Assembly: GCA_002104945.1 (NCBI GenBank)
Contig: MCFH01000001.1
Coordinates: forward strand, 992,001 to 1,056,000
Direction of reading: 5' to 3'
DNA: 64,000 nt
Origin: Piromyces finnis finn
Taxonomy: Eukaryota; Fungi; Neocallimastigomycota
A program made the position numbers and the translations under genes. A model generated the notes under the pieces. The model worked only from the letters and a program-made list of their open reading frames with translations, was not told where the DNA came from and did not search any database. This document shows, piece by piece, positions 13,091 to 28,641 of the stretch (positions are counted from its first letter, which is position 1; each line of letters starts with the position of its first letter).

Positions 13091-14421
13091 ATGCCAATTA
13101 TAAAAGATAACTTAGAAGAATATTTTAAAATAAATTTTAAAAAGAAGTTTTATTTGTAAGTGAAAAAGTATATAAAAATTCATAATATTTATATTATTAT
13201 AAATTCTCAACAATTTTTAAAAAATTAAAATCAGAAATGCAACAAACAAGCATGATTATGAATTAACATCTGCCACTCGTCTCTTAGAGAAGAGAAGAGA
13301 AACAATCGAAATAGAAAATGGATTACAATTGCAAAAACAAGATTTTGCAACAAAAATGGAATTATTAGTAAATAGAAGAGAAGAATTGGCAAAAAGACAA
13401 AAAAATTTGAGAGATAAAAAAATAAAATTTGAAAAATATTTAAAAGTAAATAAATGACTTTCAAATTATATATTATTTTTTGTATATATTTAATGACTAA
13501 TACATTCGTATAAAATAAGGAAAATGATGCAAAAAGATTAAGAGCTGAAAAAAAAAAAAGTGAAGAAAAGAAATTGAAAGAAGCTAAACAAAAGCAAATC
13601 GAAACTTACAAAAGAATTTTAAATGATTTACTAATTGAAAAAGGCAATCAGTTAAAACAAATGGAACTAAGTAAAATATTTATTATAATATTATAATTAT
13701 TTAGATATATGAAATTAATTCATTTCTTCCCAATATATAATAAAGATATAATATATCAGAAATATTTTGAATCTATTCTTGAAAATGAAACAGAATTTTT
13801 AGAACCAAATGATATAATATCAAGATATGATACATTAAAGGCTACAAATACAGATTTAATAATGAAATTAAGAGTTACTCAAGATAAAATTGAAGAAACA
13901 CAACTTTTATTTAGTAGAAATTCGGAGGTATATTAAATATCAATAGTTTTATTTAAAAAAAATAAATAAATAAAAAAAATAGTAATCTTTTTTTTTTTTT
14001 TAATAGGAACAAAATAATATAATTTTGAACTATAATAATGATATTGCAAAATTACAATCAAAATTAGAGGAATACCAACAAAGAACTGCGAAATGGCAAA
14101 GTGAATGGGATAAAATTCTTAATACAGCAACTGAAAAATCATTGTTACTCGGTCAAACTAAAATGTAATTTATAATATATATATATATATATATATTTTT
14201 TTAAAATATTAAATTATAAAAATATATATTTAATCTTTTTTTTTTTACTACTATAAAAAATGATATTTTATAGGGCAACAAATAATTTATTTAATTTGGT
14301 AAGAATGAATTTAGATAACAGAGTTCGTTACACCTCAGATACTAATGCTCAATTAGATAAAATTCAACAATTTATTGTGGGTTCATCTTATTTAACCATT
14401 TTGTGTCAAGAATTACAATAA
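13091..14421 (+). CDS. CCDC42: CCDC42/CFAP73 (DUF4200) coiled-coil flagellar protein, about 6 exons
   Basis: NLEEYFK, SATRLLEKRRE, KMELLVNRREEL, KFEKYLKENDAKRLRA, IISRYDTL and QLDKIQQFI match the family. The 3' end is somewhat uncertain. Confidence 0.82.
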
Positions 14422-14787
14422 TTTATATCAAATTTTAATATTAATATTAAATTAAATATAGTTTTTTTTTATCATATATGCCTAATATTATATATTTACC
14501 AAATACATATACTATTCTTATTCTCATTTTTTTTCGATATATATAATATTAAAAAGAAGTAATTTAATTGCTATTCCTTAATAAAAAATTTTTTTTATTT
14601 ATTTTTAAATATATCTATTATAGTTATACTTTTATTATTCTTTCGAATTATTATTAAATATGTGTGTATCTATAAATTATTAGAATTTCTTTTTATCTTT
14701 AATCAAAAACAATTATTTAATATAGTTAAAAGATGATTAAATAATAAACATATATTACATATGCCTTTATATTTAATAATAAAAAAC

Positions 14788-17700
14788 TTAAGTTGTCCTA
14801 AATATTTTTGATACATTATCAACAACACTATAAAATGATTCATTATCAATAATTTTTGGTAATATGAATTGTAATGTTCTTGAATTCTTTTCTGTACCGC
14901 TACTATCTAAAGAATGTTTTATCATTCTCGAACTTTCAATCATATAAACCTTTGTATTTTTCAATAAAACTTCGATATATTGATTTAAACTAGAGTTCTT
15001 AAATGATTTTACTTTAAGCTTTTTTTCTTTTTCCATTATAGTATTTATTTGATTATTCGGTAAAATTAGCAATGGAATTGTTAAATTATTAATATCATAT
15101 TTATATGCGTAACTTAATATATTTTTATATCCATTAATAAATTTTAATCTTGAAAATGACTCAGTTGTATTATCTAATTAATTATATTAAATAAAAACTT
15201 ATTGATAAATATAATTCTTATAGAATATATTAAATAAAAGTATATATTGTTATATAAAGTTATTATACTAACAAGTTTCATTTACTACTAAGTGGAAAAC
15301 GACATGTATTAATGGAAGATTTGAATGACATGTTACAAAAAAATCACCTGATATTTTTAAATGTAATAAATCGAAATCAATTATTATGCTATTAATGATT
15401 AATATTTCATATAACTTTTCATTAATACCTTCTTTTAATATAACTTTTCCATCTTTTTTTGGTAAGGTTTTTTCTATAGTATTAAGTTGTTTTTCTATAT
15501 CATCAAAGTGAAACTCTGTAGCTCTTTTACATTGTTGAATTAAAGCTTAAATAATTTAAATTATAATGAATATAAATATATCCATATATTATAATTGTTA
15601 TTTTATATTTTTAGAAAAAAAAAGTAGCATAATATATTTCTCTTACTTTTATTAGCTGATTCACCCATTGCATATTTTGGCCAATCTGATGGAGTTAATA
15701 ATACAATAACACCATTTATATTATCTGAATACAATGATGATGCAGTTTGTGCAAAATATGCAAATCTTTGTTCATCATTTTTTGGTATTCTAAATAGATT
15801 TTCAAACTTTTGCACCATTATTCTAATATTATACATCATACGAACTTTATATAAATAAATATTTTATTTATTTATTTATTTATTAGAATTAATAATTATT
15901 CAAAGAAAAAAAAATTATATTAAATCCAATTAATAGATACCTTGAGTCCCATAATAGATTGTAAATGTTTCTGATAGTTCATCCTCTGACAACGATGGAT
16001 TATCATATACAAAAGTTTCAGGTTCATCTGACCTAATAAATAATACACAAAAAATTTTAATATCATTAATAGTATTAAAAAGAAATTAAAAAGTATAAAA
16101 CTTTCAAACTTACTGTTTGATTTCATTACTTAAATTAGTTGAAGAAAAATCTTTTATACTTCCAAAGAAACTACCAAGTTTTTTCATACTCATTAATGAC
16201 GTAGATTTTAAATTTAAATTTGATAAAGATCTTGAAATTGGTAATAAGGATTCCGTTGTACTACTTGTAATTAATTTTTCCTTTTCAGCCCAAGTCAAAT
16301 TTAACATTGAATTAAATGAATTTTTTGATGTATTTTTTAATTCTTTATGTTTTTCTTTTTCCTTTTTAATATATTCTTCAACTACAAATGGTTTTTCCAA
16401 TAGGTAAAATATTGCTTGTTCCTTTTTTATATTATTAGTTTAAATTTTTAATAACAAATGAATTAACAAAAAATTTAATATAGTTTATATTTATTAGATT
16501 AATTACAAGATTATTTTTGGATAATTCTAAAGCAGCTTTTGCTTGTTCATTAGTAAATCCCATATCTAATAATTCTTTTACATTTGAATTATCTTTTTTT
16601 TCTTTTTGTTTTTCTTTGTTTTGTTTTTTATTTTCATTTTGAGTTTGATTATCTATTGTTTTATCTTTATTAATTTCTTGATTGTCCTAAGTATTGTATT
16701 GAAATAAATTAAAGTTAAAGAATTATATATAAATTAAAAAAATATTATCTTAAAGTATAAATATATTTTCATATCATCTATTAATTATTTGTCAATATTT
16801 ACTGATTCATTATTATTTTTATCATTTTGATCATCTAACGTTTGTTTAAGAGGACTTCCAGTATGCGATATTGATTGAGGTGAATTTAATACATCATTTT
16901 CATTTTTTACTTCATTTTTTCCTTTTATGTTTGATTTACTTATTTTACTCATCAAGTTGGTTAATATTGAAGTTATTTTTGAATTATTTTTACTGGCATA
17001 TTCCTTATAGCAATTGATAACGAATAATACATCATTCTGAATTTCTTCAAACGAATTGATATCCTTCTTTGACTTTATATTATTATAAAGATTCTCAATA
17101 AAAAAATGATACTCTTTCTTTTGTATATTTTTAATTTCTTCAATTTGAGACTCATATGTTACTTTTATTAATTCCAAATCCTTTATATTGAATAATATTT
17201 ATATATTAATATTTCGTATAAATACTATTATTTATTTTCTTTTAAAAAATATTTATTACTTCATAATGCTTTGTCATTAAATTTGATAAATTTCCAGTTC
17301 TAGCTTCAACCTGTTGATTATATCTTTATTTTTAAGTATTTAAAAAGGATAATTTTTATTAACACTGAAGGTAATAAAGAATTTAAATTTTATATATTTA
17401 TTGAGATATTTTACGAGGCCTTCATATCCGCTTCAGTTTTTTCTTTAGTTTCCCATATTTTTTCAATTTCTTTTGCATAATCTCTTTCCATAGTAAGTAA
17501 AATATCACTTAAATTTGAAATTTTTGAATTTATTAATGAATTATATGCCTTAGGAAAAACAGGCTTTTTAAATTAATTATATAAATTTATACATATAAAT
17601 TTAGTAATAAACTCTCTTAATTAATATTTTTATTTTTGACATTTACTTGAATTGAAGTTTTATTATATTTAACAGTTCTGTTTTTAAATGAGTCTATTAA

Positions 17701-18186
17701 GCTTTGGATATTATCTTCATTATTTTCCTTACCTTCTTTAACTTTTAAAAATAATATTTTAGTTATTGACCTTTATAATAATTTAAATTATTTATATACA
17801 TATTTTATTACTAGTTATTTTTTCCATTTTATTTATATCTATTATATTTCTAATTTCTTCTGTTAAAGTTGGCTTCATATAGAGTGGAACTTTTTTTTTT
17901 TTTTTAAATAAATTCAAATTATTTTTTAAATATAACGTTAATAAGAAATTTATATTTACATAATTGCATTTTGAATATATAATTTGAAACATAAATACTC
18001 AAGTATACCATTATAATTTTTCATTAAATCAATAATAAATATATCAAGTTCTTCTTCATTTTTTAATATTTCTTTATTGATAGTTGTTTTTATAAATATT
18101 TTCCCATTATTTAAATTAAACCAAAATGAAATGGTAACATTCTTTTCTTTATGATTCTTTTTTGAATCTTTTATTTTCTGTAACAT
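14788..18186 (-). CDS. FERRY3: FERRY complex subunit 3 / C12orf4 (DUF2362) homologue with internal UBA domain, about 10 exons
   Basis: Spliced segments AYNSLINS..LLTMERDY, IQKKEYHFFIENLY, LSETFTIYYGTQ, QTASSLYSDNINGVIVLL, CKRATEFHFDDIEKQL, GDFFVTCHSNLPLIHVVFHLV, LTIPLL and SRTLQFILP..SKIFRT are collinear with human C12orf4 as I recall it ([63 protein letters not shown], PQIFR). Confidence 0.85.
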
Positions 18187-18574
18187 TTTAAAAATTACTT
18201 ATATAAAGTTTTCCATATAACAACAATGTTTTGTTTATTTTTTATTAGTATATACTTTCAAAAAAAGATTTCTTTCTATTTTTTGTTTTGATAGTTCAAT
18301 TCTTTTCAATTTCCTCTAAAATAAAATGTTCTATTTTTCTATATGAAAATTATTAATTATTTTTTTTTAAAAATATAAAAAATATATATAAATAATTTAA
18401 TTTATATTTAATTTCAAATTTATATAAAACTTTAAAATTTAGATTTTTTTTTTTTTTTTTTACATAAATCAGTGAATCTTTTACTTTTTATTATTAATTT
18501 TAAATATAATAAAATAATAAAATAAAAATAAAAGAATTTAATAATTTTATATATAATATGTTAATTGAAATAAA

Positions 18575-21245
<2,671 letters not shown>

Positions 21246-21690
21246 TTAATAATTTAAAAATAATAAAATAATAAAATTAAAAAAAAAAAAATAAATAGAA
21301 AATATATGTAGTATTTAAAATAATATAAAATAATTTAAAGGCAAACAATAAAAAAAAGCTTTAAATATAGAGTAATAATGAATTTCTTTTTTCTTTTATA
21401 ATAAAATTTATAAAAAATTTAAAAATAATTAGAATAGAAAAAATAAAAAAAATTATAAATAAAAAAATAATGATAAATAAAGAATTATTAAAAATCTTAA
21501 TATAATCAATACTATTATGGACCTTTAACATTTTATGAATACTTTCAATGAAAAAGTAATATTAATTATTCAAGTATGAATTTAATTTAATAAATTTTTA
21601 TTTTTTTTTTTTTTTTAAAATGTGTATATAAAAATTATAATATTAAAGTATATTTATATGCTAATATATATTAATTTTTTTTTTTTTTTA

Positions 21691-21954
<264 letters not shown>

Positions 21955-22044
21955 TTATGATATTAATTTCTTTAGTAAAAGAGTATATAAACATATAAAT
22001 TTATTCATCTTTATGTAAAAAAAAAAAACATTTAATTATGATTT

Positions 22045-23928
22045 CTAAACTAATGTATATGTATTATTTAATTTTATTTGGTCTGTCTTATTACTTATAA
22101 ATGGAATTGTATTATTTGCTGTTGTAGTTATTATGATATTATTTAATGGAAGACTGTTATTTATTGAAATAGATGAACTTGTCAATGATGTATCATTTGG
22201 TGATGAGGACATAGAAGATGTTGATGAATCAAATGTTACAGGTATTAATGTGTCCAATAAAACATTATCATTTATTGAATTTAAATTTGTCATTTTTTTT
22301 TCTTTTTTAATTTCATTTTCATTAACTATGTATTGTGGAGTCACGAGTTGTTTTGGTAGAGTTTTTGGATCATTTAATAAAAAATACGGATTAATTTCAT
22401 TAATATTAAGTTTTGTATTAATAGAAGGGTAATTATTAATTACATTTGAACCATTAGATAAAAATGGTGAATATATTTCTGAATTTTGAACTTGATTATT
22501 TAAATGGTATTGTAAGTATGGTGGACTTAAATTTTCAATTTCTTTTTTCACTTTAGTATAATTAATTGGAGTTGTAGTGATTGTTGAAGGATCTATTTCA
22601 TTATAGTTATGTTGTACATTATTAGTATTTGGATAGTCTATAACATTGAATTTTCTTGCAATATATTCTTTAAGTATAAGATTCAAATCAAAAATTTAAA
22701 AATTGTAAAGTATTAATAATAATATTGACTAATTTATAAATAATTATCATTTATAGTATCAATGATTACCATTTTTTTCATATGTTTTATTATATTTCCC
22801 TCTTATTCTTCTATTATGGAATCCAGGTGTATAATATGGGTTTTTTTCTATTACATTATCATTATAATTATGATTATTACTATTATATTAAAATAATTAA
22901 TAATTGAAGGAAAAAAAAACTTTATGAATACCATTTAAAGAACAAGGTGATCTATTATGTTTAAAATTAACCGATACTAAACCTCCAGGTTTTTCATGAA
23001 TTAAATCTTGATTAATTTTCGACTTCTTTTTTATTTTCTTCTGAATTATATTTCCAGTAGTTTTATCAATAGTTTGTCTCTTTCTTCTTTTATATATATA
23101 TTTTGTTTCTTTATTAATTGTATTTATTGAAGGAGGTATTGATAATACTTCATTTGTATGAGAAATAGGATTAATTAAAGTATTCTTTGGATCATTATTA
23201 ATATATATGGGATTAGATAATTGATCATTCATTGTTTGAATTGGTGCTGCTGGAGGTATAGAAGAATAATAATTACTTGTATTCAATGGAATATATTTTG
23301 ATGAATTATATTGAACCTTTTCAGCCAACATTGATTCAGGAGGAGTGACAGGTTTTGTAATTCCTCCCATTGGAATATTGTTAAGTTCATCAATATTTGT
23401 AATGTTATTGTATAAATATAAATTATCAATATTTGAAGCATAATTAATTGGCTGATTTATTTCATCAACACTTGACACGAACGGTATGTTATTATTTTTA
23501 TAGTATGGATAAAGTGTATTATTATTTCTATATAAAGAATCATTGATATTTGAATCCTCAGGTTTTATTTCAGAAGTAGCTGCAACTGCTAATTTTGATC
23601 TGTCATTTTGAATTAAATTTTCAAATCGCTTATTATCAATTATCTCACTGGAAGTTGAAAGCATTTGTTGAGTTGTAGCAGCAATTGTAACTGGAATTGA
23701 TATTGGAGTTGAAACATTATAATTTGTTAAATTTTGTTGATTTTGTTGTAATTGTTGATATGTATTATATAATTGATAATTCATTAATTTTTGATTATTA
23801 GAATTCATAACAAGTAAATTTGATGGTAAAAGTTCATTACTTGTACTTTCATTTACATTTTGTAATTTTAAATCGCTTATTCCCGATAAATCAAATTCAT
23901 TTATATTTGCAAACATATCAGCATTCAT
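22045..23928 (-). CDS. Unknown N/S/T/Q-rich protein with a short basic, non-repetitive core (possible nuclear regulator), probably 3 exons
   Basis: Two long ORFs (343 and 213 aa) are bridged by a small exon KNPYYTPGFHNRRIRGKYNKTYEKN using GT-AG sites. It has a basic run (YKRRKRQ..KKIKKKSK). No family recognised. Confidence 0.65.
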
Positions 23929-25786
23929 TTTTTATATTAAATATTTAATTAATCTAAAAATATTTACAACTAAAGTAACTATTAAATTTTTATATAGTTA
24001 ATATATACAGACTAGGTTTATTAATTGTTATTTCAATATTAATAGATATTAATTATTTCAAAATAAAATGTATTAGTTATATAATAATTTTTACAGTTTT
24101 ATATCAATAAGAATTATTATAAACTATAGAATAAACAATCTTTTAGAATTAATTTAAATAACATAGTATATATTATTTTAATTTTATTCTTATTGTTTAT
24201 TTAAAGATTTTAATCAATTAAAATAGGATAATAATGAAAAATTATTAAATAAGAATTTATAGAAGGGTAGAATAGGTATATATCTAAACTAATATAATTA
24301 ATTCTATATATTTTTAATAATTATATACAACAATAAAATTTATTTAATAATATTCATTTCCTAGAAGAAGAAAAAAAAAAAAAATGAAAAAATGAAAAAA
24401 AACAAATTTTCATATTAAAAATAATCAATCAAATTTTAATTAATGTTATATTGTTATATATTTATTTCCTGTAAACCCAGTTTTTTAATATTAACATGAA
24501 AAAAAAAAAAAAAATCAACAAATATACAACCAATTTTAAATAATAATAATAATAATTTAATTAATTATACTAGTAAATTTTAAAATATAATAAATTATAA
24601 TTCAAATTATTTTCTCTTAATGAAAATTTAAGAATAAAGAATAATAGTGACTAAAAAATAGGCTTGATTTTATAAAATATATATATTTATTTTTTCTTGA
24701 AAAATTGTTAAAGTGTTATATTATTCTTTATCTTTTTCAAATTCAAAAAAAAAAAAAAAAAAAAACGAATTTCACTTAATTACTTTAGCATTAGATTTTC
24801 TGTTACTAGGAAAAACTAATAAAAAACATTTAATTTATTTTTACTGTTTAAATATACATTTTAAGCCCATTACTACTACAATGGTGGATTGTACAAACAA
24901 TAAATTATTTTGATTATTTAACCTTAATGAGTAATGAAATTTCTTCTTTTTCAGTTTTAACATTATATTTTAAAATATTAAAATATATATTAAATTTTAA
25001 TTGACCTCTAAATTATTGGAAATTTTAATTATTAATATTATTTTTTAGTAAGCAAAAACTTTTTCATAATAATTATTAAACTTTTAATATTAAGAAACGT
25101 ACTTTCCTACCTACCTAATCTATAAATGATATTTTATATATTGCTCTATGTTTATATCTATATATTTCACACATTGACATATATGTATTTGATTATATTC
25201 ATAATATTTTATAAAACTAAATACTGCATGATGATGATAAATAATAAAACTATTAAATATAAATTAACCTTGATTATTTTTCGGTTAACAAGTATAAGAA
25301 CTGTTTTATTAAACAATATTATTACTAAGTAATAAATATATAAATTTAAATACTTTTTCATATAATCCTTTAAACATCTATTATTACAATACTACTACTA
25401 CTTTTTTTTTCATTATCTATTGTATTATTAGTTTTGTAATGTAATTTATAATTATTATATTTACTATAACTAATTATTTACTTTTTAGTTTTAAATATTC
25501 TATTGATACTAAAATGTATTATTTAAAAGTCCGAATCGAATTAATATGTTTAGATATCTATAATCATTTTAAATTTAATATTGAAGTAAAAATAATAATA
25601 ATAATAATAATAATTTTTAAATATACTATATTATAAAGTTTTAATTATTAATTAAAATAAATTATGTCAAATATATAATTAAAAAGAATTTTATTTATTA
25701 TTAATATTAATTACTACCTACAATATAAGCAGTTCAGTAAAGACAATCTAACAAATTTTTAAACATTATTCTTACTATTATATAAA

Positions 25787-26846
25787 ATGGCAACAAAGTC
25801 TTTAACTAATAAATTAATTTTGAGAGCTAAATGTGTTCTTCTTGGTAAAAAGAATGATAAAATAAAAATAAAAATAAAAATAGTATATATCTAGTATTGA
25901 TCTCTTCTAATCTTTTAAATATAATAACCAATATAGGTAATCCAGCTGTTGGAAAAAGTGCAATAACACAACTCTTTCATTCAGATGGATCACAATTTTC
26001 AAAAAATTATTCCATGGTATTTAATTCTTTAAATATTATATTTTTATTACATTTTCAAAATATATTATATTCTTTTTTAAACATAAAAAAATCAATTAAT
26101 TTTTATTGTTATATATTTAATATCAAAGACAATTCATTCAGAAGTTTATATAAAACCAGTAAATATCCCAGATACTTCTGTAACGATTGAATTGTTTATT
26201 TATGATTTAGGATGTCATGAAATCTTTCAAGATTATATTCCAAAATATGTAACTATTATTATTAATTGTCTTTTTTAAATAAATATTAAATTATTTAAAA
26301 TGCTCACTTCATATTAATAAATTATCTATTAATATTAGATAGAAGATGCTACATTATTCGCATTCGTGTTTGACGTTACAAACAATGATTCATTTAAAAA
26401 TTTAACAAAATGGATTCAAATGGTAAGAAAAGTTACTGGGAAGAAAGTTATACCAGGTATGATTACATTAAATTATTGATCCTTTCCTAAAAACTAAACG
26501 AAATAATATTAAAAAGTAATATGGAAACGTATTTATATAATAATTAAATAATAGGAGTTTTAATTGGTAATAAAATTGATTTATCTCTAAGACGCTCAGT
26601 TAGTGTACAACATGCAGAAGAATTCGCTAATTCATACGGATTTGAATATTTTGAAACATCCGCAGTAAATATATATTATTTTATTATATTATTATCATTA
26701 TTTCAATTTAACTCAATATTTATATTTATATAAAGTTATCAAATACGGATATAGAAGACCCATTTCACTTTTTAGCGAATATGTGCCATTCCAATTATGA
26801 AGAGCAATTAAAGGAATTTATTAAAGATAGCCAAACATTGATTTAG
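25787..26846 (+). CDS. IFT27: Intraflagellar transport protein 27 (Rab-like 4 GTPase), 6 exons
   Basis: LRAKCVLLGNPAVGKSAITQLFHSDGSQFSKNYSMT, VNIPDTSVTIELFIYD, GVLIGNKIDL and YFETSA. The N-terminus matches the IFT27 signature (AKC..GDPAVGK...F.SDG..F.K.Y). Confidence 0.9.
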
Positions 26847-27170
26847 ATTAAAAATATTTATAAATGACACATACTTTAGTTATATATACTATTACAATTA
26901 CGATATAAATTTCAAATATACATTCTATTATATTTAAGTAGTTTTTGTCAATAATACTAAAAGTTTAATAATAAAAATAAAAATATATATTCACAAGTAC
27001 ATCTTTAATTATAATTTATATGACAATAAAATTCACACATCTATAAAATTTTCCTTAAAGTTTTTTTTTTTTTTTTATTTTTCAATTTCTAATTTTCTTT
27101 TATTATTCAAATATATATATAGAATTTTATTTTAAAACAATATAAAACATAATTTATTAATATTATCGAA

Positions 27171-27201
<31 letters not shown>

Positions 27202-27884
27202 CTATTCTTCAACAATTTTATTAAGCGAGCTATCATTATGATTATTAAGTTTTTCATTCTCTTTATCTATATCTTTAACCATTGATAATTTTTTACTAGT
27301 TTCATTTTGAGCTTCTTCCATCTCAATGTCCGTTATATTCATAGTTTGTTTAATTTCAATAGGTTTTTCTAATATATCATCATAATCTATTAAAATATGA
27401 TTAAATTTTGAATAATTTTAAAATTTTAATAATAGTAATAATAATAATTAGATTAAATTTATCAAAACATGTTAAATTAATATAATAATAATAATAATAA
27501 AAGTATATAATTACTTATTGGTGCTCCATTATTTTCTAATTGAGACAACATCAAACTTAAATTTTCTTTATTATTCTTGATTTGAACTAATAATTTTGAT
27601 TTGTTCTTTTTGTTTCTTACTTGAATTCCTTCTTGAAGCAATAATTCAAGATCTCTGCACTTAATTCCAGCATCCTCAAAATAATAAACTAAATCTTCTA
27701 TTGACGCTTCAGATGTTCCATGATGTTCTGAACATCTTTTTAATTCTCTTCCTAATTTTTCCAAATACTGACAGTATATTTTTTCTAATACTTCACATGT
27801 AGATTTATTTGCCCTTTCAAATCCAACACTGTTAACAATAAATGAAATATATCTAAAAGCAATTTCTTCTAAGTACTTATCCAT
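27202..27884 (-). CDS. Bromodomain-associated (BTP) histone-fold protein, TAF3/TAF8-like, 2 exons
   Basis: IVNSVGFERANKSTCEVLEKIYCQYLEKLGRELKRCSEHHG..ASIEDL fits the Bromo_TP histone fold. A phase-1 intron leads to a short second exon; stop TAG 27202-27204. Confidence 0.7.
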
Positions 27885-28641
27885 ATTTTAATCGTCGATT
27901 TTTTAAATTTAATGATTGAATTAATTTAATTTTGATTAAAAACATGAAAGGTACAATTTATTATTTTCCATAAATATGTCAAATGCTCTAGTCTCTATTC
28001 CACAATTACTATGACAATAGATATTTAAAGCAATATCGTTTTATATTTTTTTTTTTTTTTTTTACTTTCTTAGTCTAAGATTTCTTTTCTTTTTTTTTTT
28101 AAAATTTCTAATTTTTATGTAGATGATGTTAAATTTTGAATTCTTTATTTATAAAAAAAAATTGAAAAGGTTTAATTTTTTAAATATATATTGAAATAAA
28201 TAGAATTAATTAATTTATTAATTTATTTTTATATACTATTTTAATTATATGAATAAATCATCATAAATTAAATAAATTAAATTAAAATATTCATATTTAC
28301 CATTATTTGAAAAAAAAATTTTTTTTTTAATCAAATATTATTAATAATTATAATTTATTTATAATAATTATTTTAGCCAATCAAGATTATGGTTTTTGAA
28401 AATTTTTTAAAAGTGTTTTTTTTTTTTTTTTTTTTTTTAAATTTTGCATTTCAATTATATAGAAATTTTAACTATATAATATAGTATTAATATTTTTTGA
28501 AATTTTTTGAAAGAAATGGAATTTTAAATTAAATATATCATAATAGTTATAAATTTATTAAATTAACTGCTAAATAATTATAAAAGAAAAAATATACAAT
28601 ACATTAAACATTTTTTAATACATTATAAATCGTAGAGAAAA

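Noticed and set aside
15920-16126. ORF-track peptide ..HRCQRMNYQKHLQSIMGLK
   Set aside because: Wrong frame. The other frame gives LSETFTIYYGTQ, which matches C12orf4 and fits the splice phases.
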